This document shows positions 27,406 to 35,414 of a DNA stretch of 45,268 bases, one piece after another (the stretch's first letter is position 1; every line of letters begins with the position of its first letter). The position numbers and the translations under genes were made by a program. A model generated the notes under the pieces. It was not told the DNA's origin and did not search any database. It saw only the letters and a list, made by a program, of their open reading frames with translations. Source of the DNA: Kiloniellales bacterium (lineage in GTDB: Bacteria > Pseudomonadota > Alphaproteobacteria > Kiloniellales > J153); assembly GCA_036444495.1 (NCBI GenBank), contig JAZGBC010000160.1, positions 1-45,268 on the forward strand, in the 5' to 3' direction.

Positions 27406-28940
27406 ACCGGCCCGCCGTTGCCGATACAAAGCCCAAGGCGGTCATGCTGGAAGCCGGCCAAGACTATCACTGGTGCGCCTGCGGCCTGTCGCGAAACCAG
27501 CCCTTTTGCGATGGCTCGCACCGGAACACGCCCTTCACGCCCCTGGCCTTTACAGCCGAAGAAAGTGGCGAGGCCCATCTCTGCATGTGCAAGCGCACGG
27601 GCAATGCCCCCTATTGCGACGGCGCGCACACCAAGCTGGACAGCGAAGACGCCAAGGCTCCGGAACCGTCCACCACCTCGGGCGACTGGCCGCCTGAGGC
27701 GGTGCCCACACCGGAGGAACCTACCCTTAAATACATCCACGACCTGGCGCGCGACGGCTTGAACAAAGTCGGCGGCCATGGGGAGATGGGAGCCATGGGC
27801 GTGCCGCGCTCGGCGCTGCCCCTATGGGACGACATCCAGATCCTGGCGGCGCAGTTCGCAACAAAACCCTTGATGGACGATGCCGCGGTGGGCACGGACC
27901 TGGTCATCGGCCCGAACGCCAGGAAGCCCCTTCATCTGAAGATTCCGCTGTTCGTCTCCGATATGAGTTTCGGCGCACTGTCGGAGGAAGCCAAGATCGC
28001 CATGGCCAAGGGCGCCGAGATTGCGGGGACCGGAATCTGCTCCGGCGAGGGCGGCATGCTGCCGGAGGAGCAGGCGGCCAACAGCCGCTATTTCTATGAA
28101 CTGGCCTCGGCGAAGTTCGGCTATAGCGAGGAACACCTCCCCCGGGTCCAGGCCTTCCATTTCAAGGGCGGCCAGGGCGCCAAGACCGGCACCGGCGGCC
28201 ACCTGCCCGCGAGTAAGGTGACCGGCAAGATCGCCGAGGTGCGTGGCCTGCCGGAGAGAACGGCCGCGATCTCGCCACCGACCTTCGCGGGCCTCGAAAC
28301 GCCCGCGGATTTTCGAAGCTTCGCGGATCGCGTCCGCGAGATTACCGGCGGCATACCGATCGGCTTCAAGATGTCGGCCAATCACATCGAGCCTGACATA
28401 GATTTCGCGGTTGAGGCGGGGGCCGACTACATTATTCTCGACGGGCGCGGCGGCGGCACCGGCGCGGCCCCTCTCCTATTCCGCGACAACATCTCGGTCC
28501 CGACCATACCGGCCCTGGCTCGCGCCCGGCATCACCTCGACAAGGACGGGCGCCGGGACATCACCTTGATCGTGACCGGCGGGCTTCGCGTTCCCGCGGA
28601 CTTCATCAAAGCCTTGTGCCTGGGCGCCGACGGTATCGCGCTCGCCAACTCCGCAATGCAGGCAATCGGCTGTGTGGGGGCGCGAATGTGCAACAGCAAC
28701 AACTGTCCCGCCGGCGTGGCGACACAGAAGCCGGAACTCCGCGCCCGACTGGACGTGGCGGAATCCGCCGCCCGGCTTGCGCGTTTCCTGCAAGCCTCGG
28801 TCGCGCTCATGAAGGTGATGGCCCGGGCCTGCGGGCATAATCACCTGAGGGACTTCAACAGGGACGACATCACAACCTGGAAAAGGGATATGGCGGACCT
28901 CGCCGAAATCTCCTTTGCCGGCTTCGACCCGGCCCGGTAG
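27402..28940 (+). CDS. fusion protein: two CDGSH iron-sulfur motifs + FMN-binding glutamate-synthase-domain (GltS-FMN family) protein
   Basis: N-terminus has CACG..RNQPFCDGSH and CMCKRTGNAPYCDGAH. The rest matches the GltB FMN-domain family (PL.IS.MSFGALS, GEGG, FKGGQGAKTG.GGHLP, DGRGGGTGAAP). The ATG at 27402 follows GGAGGTGA and overlaps the yqjG stop (ATGA). Confidence 0.8.
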   Translation: MNRPAVADTKPKAVMLEAGQDYHWCACGLSRNQPFCDGSHRNTPFTPLAFTAEESGEAHLCMCKRTGNAPYCDGAHTKLDSEDAKAPEPSTTSGDWPPEAVPTPEEPTLKYIHDLARDGLNKVGGHGEMGAMGVPRSALPLWDDIQILAAQFATKPLMDDAAVGTDLVIGPNARKPLHLKIPLFVSDMSFGALSEEAKIAMAKGAEIAGTGICSGEGGMLPEEQAANSRYFYELASAKFGYSEEHLPRVQAFHFKGGQGAKTGTGGHLPASKVTGKIAEVRGLPERTAAISPPTFAGLETPADFRSFADRVREITGGIPIGFKMSANHIEPDIDFAVEAGADYIILDGRGGGTGAAPLLFRDNISVPTIPALARARHHLDKDGRRDITLIVTGGLRVPADFIKALCLGADGIALANSAMQAIGCVGARMCNSNNCPAGVATQKPELRARLDVAESAARLARFLQASVALMKVMARACGHNHLRDFNRDDITTWKRDMADLAEISFAGFDPAR

Positions 28941-29035
28941 CCACACTCGCAGCCGAAGGTAGCAGCGCGCGCCTAGGTTCTGGCGGCGCGGCGACTCTGT
29001 GATATAGAGGGCACGCCCGTGCCACCCAATACGGA

Positions 29036-31531
29036 TTGACGCAAGTGTCCATTCGCGTTCCCGCCGGATTCCTTCTTCTACTCTCGATCCTCTGGCTGGC
29101 CGGCTCCGGGCCTGCCCAGGCTCAACAGACGAGCCGCCCCTTCGGCAAGGTGGTCGAGGAATGGAATCGGGCCTTCGACCTGGTGGCCGGGGAGACCGCC
29201 GGGCCGGAACTGACCGAACCGCGTGCCGAAAAACTCAAGGACCGTCTCGCCAAGATCGAAACCGAGGCGCGCGAGATCAAAGCCACGGCCCAGGTCGAAA
29301 TGGAGCCGATCCAGGGACGGCTCGACGCGCTTGGGCCGCCGCCCGGCGAAGACGACCCCCCTGAAGCCGCGGAGATCGCAGAACAGCGCCGCAAGATCGG
29401 CGAGGAAATCACGTTCTACGAAGCCCGGGTCAAGCAGGCGGACCTAGCCCTGGCGCGGGCCCAGGAACTCCACCAGGAGATTATCTCGCGCACCCTGGCG
29501 CGGTCGATCGAGCAGCTCTCCGAAAGGTATCCCTTCCCGCTCGCGCCGGACACGCTCGCCACGGCGATACCGGAATTTTTCCAGATCTTGGCGCTCATCG
29601 CCCGCTCGCCCGCGGAATGGTGGGGCTCGCTGAGCGAGGCACAGAAAGAGCAAGTCGTCTTCTACCGCTTTGCCTTGGTCCTCCTGTTCGCCGTCATTTT
29701 TGGCTGGGGAATCCGGCGCGCCCTTTTGCGTTGGTTCGGCCGCGATCCCGCGATGCAGGAGCCGAGCTACACACGGCGCCTGACGGGTGCCATCGCCGAC
29801 GGCTTGGCGCACGGGATCGTGCCGTCGCTGATCCTGGCCGGGTTCCTGGCGCGCGTGTTGAGCGGCGAGTCCTTGATCAGCGGCCGCTTTGCCGAGGTCG
29901 TCGTCAACTTCTGCGCCGTCACGATCATGTTTATCCTGGCCTGGGCCCTGCCCCGGGCCGTGCTCGCCCCCGACTTGCCGGCCTGGCGCCTGATCCCGAT
30001 TAGCGCGCCCAATGCGCGTAGGCTCAGCCGTCGTGTTACCTTTCTCGCCGCGGTCTTTGCCGTCGACCTGTTTCTCGCGGCCTCGACCCGGGACCTGGTC
30101 CTGTCGAAGGAGTTGGTCTCCCTTTACACGCTGTTCAGCAAGGTACTGGAAGCCGGCCTCATCCTCGCTCTCATGCAGGGGCATCTGTGGGCCTACGACG
30201 AGACGGCGGCGCCGGACGAAGCCGAAAGAGAGACCGCGAGGAGCGCGGGCGGTTGGGGCTTTTGGGCCACGATTAGGCGGGCGATCAGCCTGATCGCGGC
30301 AGCGGCGGCCATTTCCGCGCTCGGAGGATACGCTAGCGCCAGCAACTATCTCGCCGAAAATCTCGTTATCAGCGGGATGATCGTCGGCGCCCTGGTGTTG
30401 CTGCGCGGACTGCTACGCGAGCTCATAGGGGTGGCGCTACGCTCGGGGCTGCTTCAGGCGGCCCTGGCAATCCCGCACAAGGCGCGCAGCCGCTACAAGT
30501 TCTGGCTTCGCGGCCTGCTCGACCTGGGGATTTACCTGGGCGGACTGGTCCTGATCCTCATCGTCTGGGGCGTGGCGCCCCGGGACATCTGGAGTTGGGC
30601 CGGAAAAACCTGGCGCGGCGTCACCATCGGCAACGTCACAATTTCGCTGGGCGACATTCTGGTCGCGATCGCCGTTTTCGTTGTGACACTGACCGTAACC
30701 CGCATGATTCAGCGGTTCCTGACCGAGCGGGTCTTTCCGCACACCGACCTGGACATGGGCGTGCGGAATTCGCTCTCGACCGGTCTGGGGTACACAGGGC
30801 TGGTGCTGGCCCTGGCGTTGGCCATCGCGGCGGTCGGATTCGATCTGTCGAATATCGCGATCATCGCCGGCGCCCTGTCGGTGGGTATCGGCTTCGGCCT
30901 GCAGAATGTGGTCAACAACTTTGTCTCCGGCCTCATCCTCCTGATCGAGCGGCCGATCAAGGTCGGCGACTGGATCATGGTGGGCGGAAACGAAGGCTAC
31001 GTCCGGCGAATCAACGTGCGTTCCACCGAAATCGAGACCTTTCGCCGCGCCGCCGTCATCGTGCCAAACAGCGAGCTCATTTCCGGCGCTGTAACCAATT
31101 GGACCTACAAGGACCGCTTCGGGCGCGTCGAGGTTCCCGTCGGGGTTGCCTATGGTTCGGACGTGGCCCAGGTCATGGACGTACTTCAGCGCTGCCTGGA
31201 GGACCACGAGTCGATCCTGGCCCAGCCCGAACCCTACGTCCTGTTCAAGGGTTTCGGCGACAGCTCGCTCGATTTCGAAGCCCGAGGGCATATCGCCAAC
31301 GTGGAATACCGGGTGGTCGTGCAAAGCGATCTGCGCTTCGCTATCTACCAGGCCTTCGCAGAGGCCGGGATCGAGATCCCCTTCCCCCAGCGCGACTTGC
31401 ACATCAAGGGCGTGGAGAATCTGAACGAGGAGATCGCAGGGCGGACGCCCGGAGATGCGGACGCTCCCCGAAGCGGTGCAACGCCCACGACGCACCGGGT
31501 CCGGACCGGCCCCAGCGGCGCGGAGGAATAG
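29036..31531 (+). CDS. MscK/KefA-like mechanosensitive channel (MscS family with long N-terminal domain)
   Basis: 831 aa. Signal peptide, coiled-coil periplasmic region, multiple TMs, and the MscS core (GFGLQNVVNNFVSGLILLIERPIKVGDWI). Start is TTG 29036 or GTG 29045. Confidence 0.8.
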   Translation: MTQVSIRVPAGFLLLLSILWLAGSGPAQAQQTSRPFGKVVEEWNRAFDLVAGETAGPELTEPRAEKLKDRLAKIETEAREIKATAQVEMEPIQGRLDALGPPPGEDDPPEAAEIAEQRRKIGEEITFYEARVKQADLALARAQELHQEIISRTLARSIEQLSERYPFPLAPDTLATAIPEFFQILALIARSPAEWWGSLSEAQKEQVVFYRFALVLLFAVIFGWGIRRALLRWFGRDPAMQEPSYTRRLTGAIADGLAHGIVPSLILAGFLARVLSGESLISGRFAEVVVNFCAVTIMFILAWALPRAVLAPDLPAWRLIPISAPNARRLSRRVTFLAAVFAVDLFLAASTRDLVLSKELVSLYTLFSKVLEAGLILALMQGHLWAYDETAAPDEAERETARSAGGWGFWATIRRAISLIAAAAAISALGGYASASNYLAENLVISGMIVGALVLLRGLLRELIGVALRSGLLQAALAIPHKARSRYKFWLRGLLDLGIYLGGLVLILIVWGVAPRDIWSWAGKTWRGVTIGNVTISLGDILVAIAVFVVTLTVTRMIQRFLTERVFPHTDLDMGVRNSLSTGLGYTGLVLALALAIAAVGFDLSNIAIIAGALSVGIGFGLQNVVNNFVSGLILLIERPIKVGDWIMVGGNEGYVRRINVRSTEIETFRRAAVIVPNSELISGAVTNWTYKDRFGRVEVPVGVAYGSDVAQVMDVLQRCLEDHESILAQPEPYVLFKGFGDSSLDFEARGHIANVEYRVVVQSDLRFAIYQAFAEAGIEIPFPQRDLHIKGVENLNEEIAGRTPGDADAPRSGATPTTHRVRTGPSGAEE

Positions 31532-31613
31532 AACCGGTCATTGAGCTTATACCTCGAACTCGGCGACGAGCGGCGCATGGTGCGACGCCGGGCCCGCGTC
31601 GAGATCAAAGAAC

Positions 31614-32150
31614 CTAATCCCGCTCGGCGAGGAAGGCCTCTTCCTCGGGCCTGTTCTCGCGCCCCAGGATGGCGTTGCGGTGGGGGAAACGGCCAAAGCG
31701 GGCGATGATGTCCCGGTGATGCACGGCCCACTTGTGGAAGTCTGGGTTGTCGGTCAGGGGGCGCGTGAGCTCCACCGCCAGCTCCTTGTCTTCGAGTGAC
31801 TCGCTGTGCAGGAGCGGCAGGTAGAGGATGCCGCGCTGATTGTGGGTCAGTTTCCGGTCGAAACCTTGTTCGATCGCGTGGCCGGTAATCGCGCGGGCCA
31901 TCTCGTCGGTAGCATAGGTCCGCTGATCGCCGCGGAAAATGTTGCGCGGCGTCTGGTCCAGCAGCACGAGGAGGGCAAGGCAGCCTTCCGCGCTGTCCCG
32001 CCAGGAATCGAGCTCGCCAGCCGCGGCCTTTTCGTGCAGCGCGCCGAGGCGCTCGCGCACCTGCCGGTCAAGGTCCGTATCCTGCTCGAACCACTTCTCC
32101 GCCATGCCCGGCGCGAACCAGAAGCCCAGGATGTCGTCGATTTCGGACAT
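31614..32150 (-). CDS. DUF924 family protein
   Basis: 178 aa. FWF......WF, LLDQ.PRN.FRG and RFGRFPHRN..LGR motifs are diagnostic of DUF924. Confidence 0.8.
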   Translation of the reverse strand: MSEIDDILGFWFAPGMAEKWFEQDTDLDRQVRERLGALHEKAAAGELDSWRDSAEGCLALLVLLDQTPRNIFRGDQRTYATDEMARAITGHAIEQGFDRKLTHNQRGILYLPLLHSESLEDKELAVELTRPLTDNPDFHKWAVHHRDIIARFGRFPHRNAILGRENRPEEEAFLAERD

Positions 32151-32254
32151 GGGGCATTGTAACGCCGAGCGATGCCCCGTCCATGGTCATGGCGGCGCGC
32201 GCTCATCGATGCGCCCCGAAATACCTCCGCCAAATCGGCCCGCTGCGAGTTGGG

Positions 32255-33013
32255 TTACACCAGCGTGCGGCCGCCATCGACGTAGATGGTCTGGCCGGTG
32301 ATGAAGGCGCCCGCCGGTGAGGCGAGCAGCAGGACCGTTCCCACCAGATCCTCGACCGTGGCGAAGCGGCCCAGGGGGATGCGGCTCATCTGGTAGTCGT
32401 ACTTGCCGGTCTTCTTGAGAAACTCCTCGACCAGCGGGGTCGCGATCACCGCCGGACCGATGGCGTTCACCGTCACCCCGAGCGGGGCCCATTCCAGCGC
32501 CAGCACGCGGATCAGATGCGAGAGCGCCGCCTTGCCGCTGGCATAGGCCGCGTATTCCGGGTTGACCACCTGGCTGGAGACCGAGGCGAGGTGGATCATG
32601 CGCCCGCCGCCCCGATCGGCCATGACCCGGGCCGCTTGGCGGGAGAGGAGAAACGCGCCGGTCACGTTGGTCGCCAGCGTCTCGGCGAAGTCCTCCGCCG
32701 GAAGCTCGAGTGCCGGGGCGGTGCGGAAGATGCCCACGCTGTTGAGCAGAAGGTCCAGACGCCCGGTCAGGCCAAGCGCCGCCTTAACCGCGGCCTCGCA
32801 GGAGGCCTCGTCCCGGACATCGAGCGGGCAGGAGCCGTGGCCCTCCCCGGGCAGCCCCCCGGCCACCCCGCGCGCCGCCGCGGCGTCCTGGTCCGCCACC
32901 ATGACCCGCGCCCCGCGCTCGGCCAGCGCCTCGGCCAGCCCGGCCCCGATGCCGCCTGCAGCCCCGGCGGCGAGCACCGCCCGCCCGGCCATATCGAACA
33001 GCGGATCGGTCAT
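32255..33013 (-). CDS. short-chain dehydrogenase/reductase (SDR)
   Basis: 252 aa. Gly-rich NAD(P) motif GAAGGIG, catalytic YASGKAAL (YxxxK), and the C-terminal GQTIYVDGG. Confidence 0.8.
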   Translation of the reverse strand: MTDPLFDMAGRAVLAAGAAGGIGAGLAEALAERGARVMVADQDAAAARGVAGGLPGEGHGSCPLDVRDEASCEAAVKAALGLTGRLDLLLNSVGIFRTAPALELPAEDFAETLATNVTGAFLLSRQAARVMADRGGGRMIHLASVSSQVVNPEYAAYASGKAALSHLIRVLALEWAPLGVTVNAIGPAVIATPLVEEFLKKTGKYDYQMSRIPLGRFATVEDLVGTVLLLASPAGAFITGQTIYVDGGRTLV

Positions 33014-33044
33014 GGCGGCGCCGCGTTCCCGAAGCCGCCCGCGA

Positions 33045-33956
33045 TCAGACCGCGGGCCGAGGCTGGGGCGATGCCGGCATGTGCAGCATCTCGCGCGCCT
33101 CTTCCGGACTGGCCACCTCGCGCCCCAGCTCTCGCACGATGCGCACCGCGCGCTCGACCAGTTGCGCGTTGCTTTCGGCGAGCCGTCCGGGGCCGTAGTA
33201 GACGTTGTCCTCCAGCCCGACGCGGATGTTGCCGCCCATCGCCACCGCCATGGTGCTGAGCGGAAGCTGGTACTTGCCGATGCTCACGATCTGCCAACTG
33301 GAGCCCTCGGGAATGGCGTCCAGCATGGCGAGCAAATTGGCGGGGCTGGCCGGGATGCCGCCGCGGATGCCCATGACGAAGCTGAAGTGAAGCGGCGGCT
33401 CGAACACGCCTTTCTTGGCCAAATCGAGGACGTTTTCGATGTGGCTCAGGTCATAGACCTCGATCTCGTTGGCGATGCCGCGGTACTTGCAGCCCTCGAT
33501 GAACTCGGCGTTCCATTGCTTCGAATTGGAGAACAGCCACTCCTGACCCTTGTGGTCGAAGTGGAAGGTGCCGGCGTTCACGGTCAGCATGTCCGGTTGC
33601 GGCGCGATGTCCAGCAGCGCCGTACGCTCCTCCTGCTTGAAGGGCTGGCCGATGCCCTCGTCATCGAACCAGATGCCGATGCCGTTGCCCACCTGGGTGA
33701 TCATGCCGGGACAGCGGCTCATCACGCCGTCGACCACCTCGCGATAGATCGACAGGTCGCTGGAGGTGCGCCCCTTGGGGTCGCGCACGTGAATGTGGGC
33801 CACCGAGGCGCCGGCGTCGTAGCAATCGTGAAAATCGCTAATGATTTCCTCCGGTTGCTCGGGCAGGGCCGAATTCGCCTCCTTGCCGTGCAGGCCGCCG
33901 GTCGTGGCGATCGTGATGACGGCTTTTCCCGGGTTGGTCAGGTTCGGTTTCATCAT
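33045..33956 (-). CDS. beta-keto acid cleavage enzyme (BKACE / DUF849, 3-keto-5-aminohexanoate cleavage family)
   Basis: 303 aa from MMKPN. ITIATTGG...LP..PEEI......C.DAGASVAHIHVRD matches the BKACE TIM-barrel N-terminus. The upstream track extension is rejected. Confidence 0.8.
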   Translation of the reverse strand: MMKPNLTNPGKAVITIATTGGLHGKEANSALPEQPEEIISDFHDCYDAGASVAHIHVRDPKGRTSSDLSIYREVVDGVMSRCPGMITQVGNGIGIWFDDEGIGQPFKQEERTALLDIAPQPDMLTVNAGTFHFDHKGQEWLFSNSKQWNAEFIEGCKYRGIANEIEVYDLSHIENVLDLAKKGVFEPPLHFSFVMGIRGGIPASPANLLAMLDAIPEGSSWQIVSIGKYQLPLSTMAVAMGGNIRVGLEDNVYYGPGRLAESNAQLVERAVRIVRELGREVASPEEAREMLHMPASPQPRPAV

Positions 33957-34050
33957 CGGCCTCCCGTTCTCGTTACCCCGTTTCCCGGAGTTTCGCGGCG
34001 AAAACGGCCGGGACCCAGGAGTCCGGGCGCGACGGCTTCGCCGGACGTCA

Positions 34051-34097
34051 ATCATGTTCGCTACGGAAAATGAAATCAATCGTATTGCATACCGGAA
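34051..34097 (+). promoter_or_regulatory. copy 1 of a conserved 47-nt promoter-region block (candidate IclR operator)
   Basis: ATCATGTTCGCTACGGAAAATGAAATCAATCGTATTGCATACCGGAA matches 38902-38948 at about 39 of 47 positions (hand alignment), with a 31-nt core differing at 3 positions. It contains the dyad ATGAAAT-N7-ATTGCAT and lies between the divergent BKACE and TAXI genes. Confidence 0.55.
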
Positions 34098-34208
34098 CGG
34101 ATGCGCTAAAGTGAATTGGCATAAGAAAAATTGCAGAAACGCGCACCGGAAGCGGGCCCCGGCGCTTAAACGGGCTCAACCGCATGAGGTGCCAGGGAGG
34201 AACGAACC

Positions 34209-35285
34209 ATGCTGAGACGAGGAGTCTTGCGCGCCCTTGCGGGCGCAATCGCCGTCCTGTTGCTCGGGGCGGCGGGTCTTCCGGCCTATGCCCAGAGCAA
34301 ACCGATTGTCGTTCCCATCTTGAGCTGCCCCTTCGGCTGCGGCGTGGTCACCGGCAACACCTTGTTCGGCACCGTCATGGCCAAGGGCGGGGAACAGCTC
34401 ATGATCGCGGCCCAGGAAACGCCCGGCTACATGTACAACGTGCGCGCCATGGCGGCCGAAAAGCGCTGGAAGACCAACGTTTTCGGCACCGAGGACGTGA
34501 TCATCCAACTCGCGCTCCAGGGCGGCACGCCGGAGCTCAAGGAGTTCCTTCCCGAGCCCGTGCCCATCAAGTTCCAGCTCTTGCACGGGGAGGCCTATTG
34601 GGCCCAGGGCAAGTTCTTCGTGACCACGGACCCGAACATCAAGTCCATCGCCGACATGAAGGGCAAGCGGGTCTCACTCGGCCTGCGTGGGCAGAGCGAT
34701 TGGGGCGTTTACCCGCGTCTCATCCTCGAGCACGCCTATGGCATCACGCCGGACAACACCGACATCCGGCACATGACCCCGGGCGCGCTGACCCAGCAGT
34801 TGATCGACGGCACGACCGATGTGGCGGTCACCGGCTTCGGCACCGAGCCGAGCCAGACCTTCCACCTCATCACCGGGCCGCTGCGCAAGCTGCAGGCCTC
34901 GGGCAAGAAGATCTACTACATTCCCATCGAGCAGTCGGCCATCGACAAGGTGAACAAGAAGTTCCGCACCACCTTCGTGGCCAAGACGGTCAAGGCGGGC
35001 ACCATGCCGCAGCAGGACAAGGACCTCCTGATCGGCTTCGTGCGGGGCTACAAGGCGGTGCACCCGAACTTCCCCGAGGACGTCGCCTATCAGTTCGTCA
35101 AGGCGGTGCACAAGTACTCCGGGGAGATGAAGAAGCTCCACCCGCTCTGGGGCATGCTGACCCCGGACATGATGATCGACGGGTTGACCGAGGAGAACAC
35201 CCACCCCGGCGCCATCCGGGCCTACAAGGAGATCGGTATCTGGGATCTCAGGTTGAAAACGATCCCGGTCACCTATCCGGAATAG
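34209..35285 (+). CDS. TAXI-type TRAP transporter solute-binding protein (probable)
   Basis: 358 aa with a signal peptide (LLLGAAGLPAYAQS). Periplasmic-binding-protein-like composition, immediately upstream of a fused 4TM/12TM TRAP permease, which is the usual partner of TAXI receptors. Family assignment is by context and weak motif recall. Confidence 0.6.
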   Translation: MLRRGVLRALAGAIAVLLLGAAGLPAYAQSKPIVVPILSCPFGCGVVTGNTLFGTVMAKGGEQLMIAAQETPGYMYNVRAMAAEKRWKTNVFGTEDVIIQLALQGGTPELKEFLPEPVPIKFQLLHGEAYWAQGKFFVTTDPNIKSIADMKGKRVSLGLRGQSDWGVYPRLILEHAYGITPDNTDIRHMTPGALTQQLIDGTTDVAVTGFGTEPSQTFHLITGPLRKLQASGKKIYYIPIEQSAIDKVNKKFRTTFVAKTVKAGTMPQQDKDLLIGFVRGYKAVHPNFPEDVAYQFVKAVHKYSGEMKKLHPLWGMLTPDMMIDGLTEENTHPGAIRAYKEIGIWDLRLKTIPVTYPE

Positions 35286-35306
35286 GCTAGGCTAAACGGC
35301 CTTCTT

Positions 35307-35341
35307 GTCCCCGGCGTGGCGGCGCGGCCCGCGCCGGGGAC
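35307..35341 (+). terminator. intercistronic GC hairpin between receptor and permease genes
   Basis: Perfect 10-bp stem GTCCCCGGCG (35307-35316) / CGCCGGGGAC (35332-35341) followed by TTCATTCT. This could be a partial terminator or mRNA stabiliser giving excess binding protein. Confidence 0.4.
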
Positions 35342-35414
35342 TTCATTCTGAGACGAACGTGGCCCGGACCGCGCAGCCGCTCGGCCGGGCCACTTCTATG
35401 GCGGGGGCGGGGCG

